Shown here: piece by piece, positions 58,235 through 64,000 of the stretch
Layout of the letters: every line of letters begins with the position of its first letter
Position numbering within the stretch: position 1 is the stretch's first letter
Assembly: GCA_963422375.2 (NCBI GenBank)
Contig: CAXXKD010000001.1
Location: 224,001 to 288,000, forward strand
Source of the DNA: Bryobacterales bacterium
GTDB taxonomy: Bacteria > Acidobacteriota > Terriglobia > Bryobacterales > UBA6623
Length of the DNA: 64,000 nt
Direction: 5' to 3'
The notes under the pieces: generated by a model
What the model was told of the DNA's origin: nothing
The model's input: the letters and a program-made list of their open reading frames with translations, nothing else
The model's database searches: none
Made by a program: the position numbers and the translations under genes

Positions 58235-59872
58235 TCAGGAAACCGCTCCCCGGCTCCCGTCCATCAGGCGGGCTGCCCGACCGAGCAGGGAGCGGGCGCG
58301 CAGCACGACGGGATCGTAGGTTGCCTTGACCCGCATGCCCTCGTCGTAATCGAAGTACGAGATGTGCATCCGGGTCGCCAGCGACCGCAGCAGGGCCTGC
58401 CGGTCTTCCGCCCCGATCGACGACCTCGGTACGCCGTTCCTGTCGACGAACTCCAGCAGGATGTCGAGCAGTTCGGGCGAGGGGGCCTCGTCCCTGAGCA
58501 TCGTGTAGCCGCGCGAGCGCATGCGGGCGACGAACCGCTCGACGACGCGCAGGTTGTCCACTTTGCGCATCGCTGCGCCGGGACTGCTCTCGTGGACCGG
58601 CACGTCCGGGGAGATCCCGCCGAACTCGTAGACCTTTCTCCCGAGGTCAGTCAGCCGCACGGTGCCCTGCTTGGGCTGGTACTTCTCGCTGCACGGCTCG
58701 CTGAAGTAATCGTGGGGCGCGATCCTGCGGTAGGGCCGCTGGATGAGCCGCCCGCTGGGCGAGTAGTACCGGGCGGTTGTGAGCACCATCCCGGTGGACT
58801 CCGGCAGGGCGAAGACCGATTGCACCAGTCCCTTGCCGAAGGTGTGCGTGCCGACGATCAGCGCCCTGTCGTGATCCTGCAGGGCGCCGGCGACGATTTC
58901 CGACGCCGAGGCGGAGTTGCAGTTCACGACGACCACCATCGGGTAGTCGAGATCCGGGCTCGCGGCCTGCGAGCGGTACCGGCGCTCCGGCGAGGAGCGC
59001 CCGCGATGGGACACTACGCTCTGGCCGGCGCCGAGGAACTGGCTGGCCACGTTGACCCCGGCGGACAGCAGCCCGCCCTTGTTCTCGCGCAGGTCCAGGA
59101 CCAGGCCGCGCATCCCGCGGCTCTTGAGGTTGACGAGGGCATCGTTCAGCTCGTTGCCGGTGTTCTCGCCGAAGCTGGTCACCCGCAGGTAGCCGGAGCC
59201 GTCCTCGAAGAGGATCTGGACGGGAACCGTGGAGCGCGGGATGACGTTGCGGACGAGATCCACCTCGATCTGCTCGTCCGCGCCCACGCGCGAGAGGCTC
59301 AGCCGCACGGTAGTTCCGGGCGGGCCCTTGACGGAATCGGCGACCTCGGCCAGCCCGAGGCCGGCGACCGGGCGGCCGTCCACCATCTCGATCGAGTCGC
59401 TCGGGCGGATTCCGGCGTCGAACGCCGGCGTGCCCGGGAAGGGGAAGTCGACGACCGCCCTCCGGCCGAAGCTGACCAGCTGCATTCCCACGCCCGCGTA
59501 GCTGCCGCGCTCCTGCTCCCGCATCTTGAGGAATTCCTCGTGCGTCAGGAACGTCGAATGCGGGTCCAGCCTTGCCAGCATGGCCGGGATGGCCCCGCGG
59601 TACATCGCTTCGTCCCAGTCGACGGGCCGCACGAAGCGCTGCTCGATCAGGCGGGTGACCTGCAGGGTGCGCTGGACGTGCTCGTGCAGGGGGGCGATCT
59701 GGATCAGGTTCCCGTTCGTGCCGATGCGCAGCCCGTAGCTGTCGCCGACGTAGCTGGAGGCAGCGACTACCGCGACGAGCAACGCGACAGGCAGGGCCCG
59801 CCTGGCGTGCCGCGCCGAAGGCCTCGACGGTCGGCCCGCGCGCGTCGGATGGCCGTCCGGGCTAGGTCGCAT
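58235..59872 (-). CDS. S41 carboxyl-terminal processing protease with PDZ domain
   Basis: 'DLRENKGG', 'SASASEIVAGALQD', 'TFGKGLVQ'. Confidence 0.9.
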   Translation of the reverse strand: MRPSPDGHPTRAGRPSRPSARHARRALPVALLVAVVAASSYVGDSYGLRIGTNGNLIQIAPLHEHVQRTLQVTRLIEQRFVRPVDWDEAMYRGAIPAMLARLDPHSTFLTHEEFLKMREQERGSYAGVGMQLVSFGRRAVVDFPFPGTPAFDAGIRPSDSIEMVDGRPVAGLGLAEVADSVKGPPGTTVRLSLSRVGADEQIEVDLVRNVIPRSTVPVQILFEDGSGYLRVTSFGENTGNELNDALVNLKSRGMRGLVLDLRENKGGLLSAGVNVASQFLGAGQSVVSHRGRSSPERRYRSQAASPDLDYPMVVVVNCNSASASEIVAGALQDHDRALIVGTHTFGKGLVQSVFALPESTGMVLTTARYYSPSGRLIQRPYRRIAPHDYFSEPCSEKYQPKQGTVRLTDLGRKVYEFGGISPDVPVHESSPGAAMRKVDNLRVVERFVARMRSRGYTMLRDEAPSPELLDILLEFVDRNGVPRSSIGAEDRQALLRSLATRMHISYFDYDEGMRVKATYDPVVLRARSLLGRAARLMDGSRGAVS

Positions 59873-60194
59873 GCAGGTGGTCTATTTTCGCGGCCAGCAC
59901 GAAGTCCGACTCCGTGAGGCCGTTGATCTTGTGGGTCCAGATCTTGATGCCGACCGTGCCCCAAGCGAGATAGATGTCCGGATGGTGCCCTTGGTCCTCG
60001 GCGAGCGCGCCTACCCGGTTGGTGAATGCAAGCGCCTCGACGAAGTTCGGAAACTCGAAGTCGCGCTCGAGGTGGTGCCCTTCCGCGACGGACCAGCCGG
60101 GGACCTGAGCGACGTAGGCGGCCAGCTCCTCTCCCTCCAGCGGGGGCACGCCGCCGCGACACGGCACGCACGATTTCCGAGCTAGTTCCGACAC
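59862..60194 (-). CDS. phhB: Pterin-4-alpha-carbinolamine dehydratase
   Basis: 'CVPCRGG', 'HHPDI', 'WTHKINGLTESDF'; GTG start 60194. Confidence 0.88.
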   Translation of the reverse strand: MSELARKSCVPCRGGVPPLEGEELAAYVAQVPGWSVAEGHHLERDFEFPNFVEALAFTNRVGALAEDQGHHPDIYLAWGTVGIKIWTHKINGLTESDFVLAAKIDHLHAT

Positions 60195-60860
60195 AACAGT
60201 CACCCTCGAGCGTATCGTAGCACGCTTCCCTTGGTTCGCTTGCGGTCCGTTTTCGCCGGGGCGGGGCGGTCGCGCCTGGCGGCCGCCCCGCTCGCGTCTT
60301 GGGATGCGCAATTGGCGGCTGATCGCAGGCGCTCGCCTGACGGCCGGGACCAAGTAGGAGGCTAGCGGGAGACCGTGGAGTTCCTAGCGCGATCATCCAG
60401 CCGCTCCGGTCTCGACCGGCGAGACAGCGCGGGAAACCGGGGACTCTTCGCCGGTGGCGGCATTGCTAAAGCCTTGGCGCGATGATCCGCGTTCGCTGTC
60501 GAGCATCAATCGGCATTCCAACAGCCGGCGGCGCCCTGAGCGGCCTCGATGGACCTCGAAGGGGCCGAGCGTGGAAGCTTGGCTGCGGCGGTCGGCGGAG
60601 AGAGGGTAGCGGCGACCGTCCGCTTCCAGATACACTGGGGGTCTCGAAAGCGAGCGCATTCCGCGAGTTCGGCGGGTCGCGGCTGCGAGCCGGGAACCGT
60701 CCGAGATGCGCGCTCGCGGCTTCGGACCGACGTGGCAAGCGAGGCGGATCCGCGTGACCGAGGGGAGATGGTGGCTCTGCGATGTGATTCAGGACCGTGC
60801 CTGTCTACGGCCGGCCATCGAGGCGCAGCGAGCTGAGTGGCCGCGACGCTAGGCGAGCGA

Positions 60861-61454
60861 ATGACACCCGAAGCAGTCAAGACCGCTGAGGAGACTGCGG
60901 TGCAGGCCGGGCGCGTGCTGATTCCTGCATCGGAAGTCGCCAAGCGGGTTGAGGAGCTGGGCACCCAGATCAAGCGCGATTATGCGGGAGAGACCGTCCA
61001 GATGGTGGTCATTCTTTCGGGCGGGTGGATCTTTGCGGCCGACCTTGCTCGCGTGATCCAGCCCGAAGTCGACGTCAGGGTGAACTTTATCCGCGCTTCG
61101 AGTTACGGAGCCGGCACCAGGAGTTCCGGCAGAGTTCGCATCAAGGGCGGCATCCAGTTCGACATCACGAATGCAAAGGTGATCGTCGTCGATGACATCG
61201 TCGATACCGGCCGCACAGCGAAGGCGATGATCGACCGCTTGAAGCTGCACAACCCCGAGTCGATCCGCCTGGCGGCCATGCTGAGCAAGGAGGCGCGGCG
61301 ATTCACGTCAGTGCGCATCGATTACTTGGGCTTCCGCATTCCGAACAAGTACGTGGTTGGGTACGGCATGGATTTCGACGATGGTTTCCGGCACCTGCCG
61401 GACGTCCGCGTAGTAGAGGGCGCGCCGGACGAGGCAGATTCCGAGCTTCTATGA
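60861..61454 (+). CDS. hpt: Hypoxanthine phosphoribosyltransferase
   Basis: 'ASSYG', PRPP loop 'VVDDIVDTGRT', 'VVGYGMD'. Confidence 0.9.
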   Translation: MTPEAVKTAEETAVQAGRVLIPASEVAKRVEELGTQIKRDYAGETVQMVVILSGGWIFAADLARVIQPEVDVRVNFIRASSYGAGTRSSGRVRIKGGIQFDITNAKVIVVDDIVDTGRTAKAMIDRLKLHNPESIRLAAMLSKEARRFTSVRIDYLGFRIPNKYVVGYGMDFDDGFRHLPDVRVVEGAPDEADSELL

Positions 61455-62036
61455 CCCGGGAAGGACGATAAGGAGGGCGCTTCGCGCAATGCCTCCGCTG
61501 GGGCTTGCCGGGAGAGTGCCCCTGCGGTAGCTCGGCGCGCTGCCCGGCTAAGTCCCGCCTGCCTGCGCACTCGCGGGATCGGACACTTGCCTCCCCGGCT
61601 CCGGATGACCGGCACCCGTCAGTGTTCGCGTTGGAATTCGCTTTGGTCGGATCCAGCGCCGTTGGTCAGAGCGGGGCCGATGGCCGGCCCGCCCGCCTCC
61701 CTGAATCGACAGTCGCCGGCGCGGACGGAGTGCGCGGGTGTCTCATGTGGCGGTCCGGCGTTCGGTTCAGCACCCGTGGAAAGCTTGACCCTCCAAGTGT
61801 CTCCCGAGAAGGAGGCAACGAAGACGCGCTGCTGGAGTCGTTCGGCTTCGCTTCCGCCCCGGGGCGCATCGACCTGCCTGGCGGCGTCGCTCGACCGGTC
61901 GAATCCAGAGATTGAGTGGTCGAACGGACCGATCCGGCGCGAATGGACCGGCGCGCCGCGGGGGCAGCCGCGCAACCGGTCGGTCTCTAGCCGGGCAGTT
62001 GCGCGGGATCTAGGCCGCTGCGGCCGCAAGACGGGC

Positions 62037-64000
62037 TCAGAAGTACAACCGCACGCCGAGCTGGACCTGCAACGGGCCGGTTCCGCGCACCTGCCTGTTG
62101 TTCCGGTCGTATGTCCCGTCGCTGCCGCGTAGCCGCCGGAAGGATTCGGTGGGAGAGATGACCGCTCCGTTTGCGAGGTCCACACCGGGGCCGTAGATCT
62201 TGTTGAAGTCGCCGTACTCGACGTTCTCGAAATTGAGGGCGTTGAACAGCTCGACCGACAGGTCCACGTGCGAGCTGTCCGAGAGGCCGAAGCGTCGCAG
62301 CAGGCGGATGTCGACGTTCCTCATCCCGCGGTTGCGGAACGCGTGGCGCGCGAAGTACTCGCCCGGCGCTTGCAGCGCCCGCTCGCTCGCGAACTGGTCC
62401 CCGTTCAGGTCCGTGCCGGCTAGCGCGTCCATCGGGGGCGCGCTGGCCGAGCGCAGGATCGCGGACACCGACAGGCCGGCCGGAAGGTTGAAGATGCCGT
62501 AGCCCGTGAACTGATGCCGCATGTCGAGGCTCGCCGGGCCGAACGCGTCCTGCGGGCGCCCGTGGTCCGTGTAGAGGGGGTCCCAGAAGTAGGCCTCGTT
62601 CAGGTCGCTGGAGTACGCCCTCGCGTAGGTGTAGTGCGCGGAGGCCTGGAAGCGCTCGCCGCGGAACTTCCAGTGGGCGGTCATCCCGTCGTAGTTGGCG
62701 CGGGCCAGCGATTCGATTACGCGCAGGGCCCCGACTTGCGGGGCCGGCCGGTTGGCGGTGTCGTAGTACGGAATCCGCGCCGGGTCGTCCGGACGAACGG
62801 CCGAGTCGGGCAGGTTGTAATCGCGCATTCCGTGCAGGCGGGTAGTCCTGTACCGCATCCACTGCAGCCCGGCCACGGAGCTCCCGCTCAGCTCCCGCTC
62901 GACGGCGAGTGCGACCTTGACCGACCGCGGGTTGCGGAAGTCCGGGCTGACCGCGTGCGGGGCCGCACCGAGGTACTTGTCGCCGTCCAGCACGCGTGCG
63001 ATTTCATCGCGCGAGAACACGGGCAGGTCCGCCAGGGCGTACTGGTTCAGGTCGATTCCGGCGGCAAGGAACTGGCGGTAGACGGTCGGCTCGCGGGCGG
63101 GCAAGGTGACCGGGACGTTGAACGGGGGCTCCCGGAAGGCCTTCGTTGCCGCGTTGAAGAACACAGGGGGAGTGATGGCGTGAAACACTCCGAAGCTCCC
63201 GCGGAAGACTAGATGCCGCCGCAATCCGGGCGGGCTATACGCGAAGCCGAGCCGCGGCATCCACTGCCGCGTGTCGTCCGGCAGAAATGTCGGGTCGACC
63301 GGGCCGAACGGGAAGCGAGCCTGGCGCACGCGCTCGATCAGGACGTCGCTGCCGGTTTCCGGGGTCTGATTGAACTGCCCGGCCCAGCGGAAGCCGAGGT
63401 CTAGCGTCAGGCCGGGGGCGGCGCGCCACGAGTCCTGCACGTAGAGGGCGGCATGGCCGAGGTGCTGTTGGCCGAGCGTGTTGCCCATCTGCCGCAAGTA
63501 GATCCCCGGCGCGTCGAAGCGGTTCGCGATCCGGCCGCCGGGTGTCAGGATGTCCAGGACCTCGTCGGGGTCCGAGGTGAATGGGGTGAAAAAGCCGAAC
63601 TGGGTGTATCCGAACCGGTCTTCGATCGCCACCCGGTCGAACTCCCCGCCGAGCTTGACGTCGTGCGCGCCGGAGTGCAGCACCAAGCTGTTGCTGAGCT
63701 TCGGCCGGATGTCCGACGTGTCCGTCGGCAGCAGGAAGGGGGTGCCGAAGCTGCCGATCACGCTGGACACAAGCGGCCGCTCCGCGTTCGCATCGCGCGG
63801 CCGATGCTCCCTCGTCAAGGTGAAGCGCAGCTGATTGATGGCTTCTGGCGACAACAGGCTGGTCAGCTGGGCGGTCAGGAAGTGGATCGAGTCGCCCTCG
63901 GTGCCGTTGTGGCTCAGGGCGCCCGTAGTCCGCGGATGCCGCGCGCCGGCCTCGGACGCCGCGTTCCGCGCGACGGCGCTGCTGTAGTTGTAGCGGACCA
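62037..64000 (-). CDS. TonB-dependent receptor, C-terminal part (5' end lies outside the window)
   Basis: 'YVQDSWR', 'WMPRLGFAY', 'ELFNALN', C-terminal 'QVQLGVRLYF'; frame open to the window edge. Confidence 0.88.
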   Translation of the reverse strand, partial: VRYNYSSAVARNAASEAGARHPRTTGALSHNGTEGDSIHFLTAQLTSLLSPEAINQLRFTLTREHRPRDANAERPLVSSVIGSFGTPFLLPTDTSDIRPKLSNSLVLHSGAHDVKLGGEFDRVAIEDRFGYTQFGFFTPFTSDPDEVLDILTPGGRIANRFDAPGIYLRQMGNTLGQQHLGHAALYVQDSWRAAPGLTLDLGFRWAGQFNQTPETGSDVLIERVRQARFPFGPVDPTFLPDDTRQWMPRLGFAYSPPGLRRHLVFRGSFGVFHAITPPVFFNAATKAFREPPFNVPVTLPAREPTVYRQFLAAGIDLNQYALADLPVFSRDEIARVLDGDKYLGAAPHAVSPDFRNPRSVKVALAVERELSGSSVAGLQWMRYRTTRLHGMRDYNLPDSAVRPDDPARIPYYDTANRPAPQVGALRVIESLARANYDGMTAHWKFRGERFQASAHYTYARAYSSDLNEAYFWDPLYTDHGRPQDAFGPASLDMRHQFTGYGIFNLPAGLSVSAILRSASAPPMDALAGTDLNGDQFASERALQAPGEYFARHAFRNRGMRNVDIRLLRRFGLSDSSHVDLSVELFNALNFENVEYGDFNKIYGPGVDLANGAVISPTESFRRLRGSDGTYDRNNRQVRGTGPLQVQLGVRLYF

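Overview
High-GC chromosomal segment. The carboxypeptidase-domain TonB receptors, CRTAC1/ASPIC-UnbV, TPR proteins and several sulfatases suggest an Acidobacteriota (Bryobacterales-like) genome, possibly host-associated; this is inference. Metabolic and housekeeping blocks: form II coxSLM-D-E; NSS transporter + OCD-family reductase + cis-3-hydroxy-L-proline dehydratase; rhaA + NCS1-like permease; bfr; soxCD; ggt; ychF; proS; class A PBP; etfBA; fabF/acpP; S41 protease; phhB; hpt. Between these lie four decaying accessory zones. (i) 6.6-11.9 kb: AAA-nuclease, a fully bounded ISNCY (TIRs + 6-bp TSD) inside a higBA relic, and vapBC. (ii) 24.5-27.4 kb: two dead IS1595 elements and a 255-bp MITE sharing the ISNCY ends. 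(iii) 31.4-34.4 kb: an ABC-ATPase + DUF4276/TOPRIM-like pair broken by stops and by an IS1595 with an 8-bp TSD. (iv) 43-46.5 kb: an AT-rich relic ORF and a frameshifted sulfatase. The most notable observations are GC-directed decay of the dead IS copies (many A>C changes), the ISNCY/MITE pair, a bacterioferritin that keeps the heme Met but lacks most ferroxidase ligands, and the inactivated putative defence pair. No CRISPR array, tRNA or rRNA was seen, and I found no intact novel system that the sequence alone can establish. All family calls come from motif recognition; no database searches were run.
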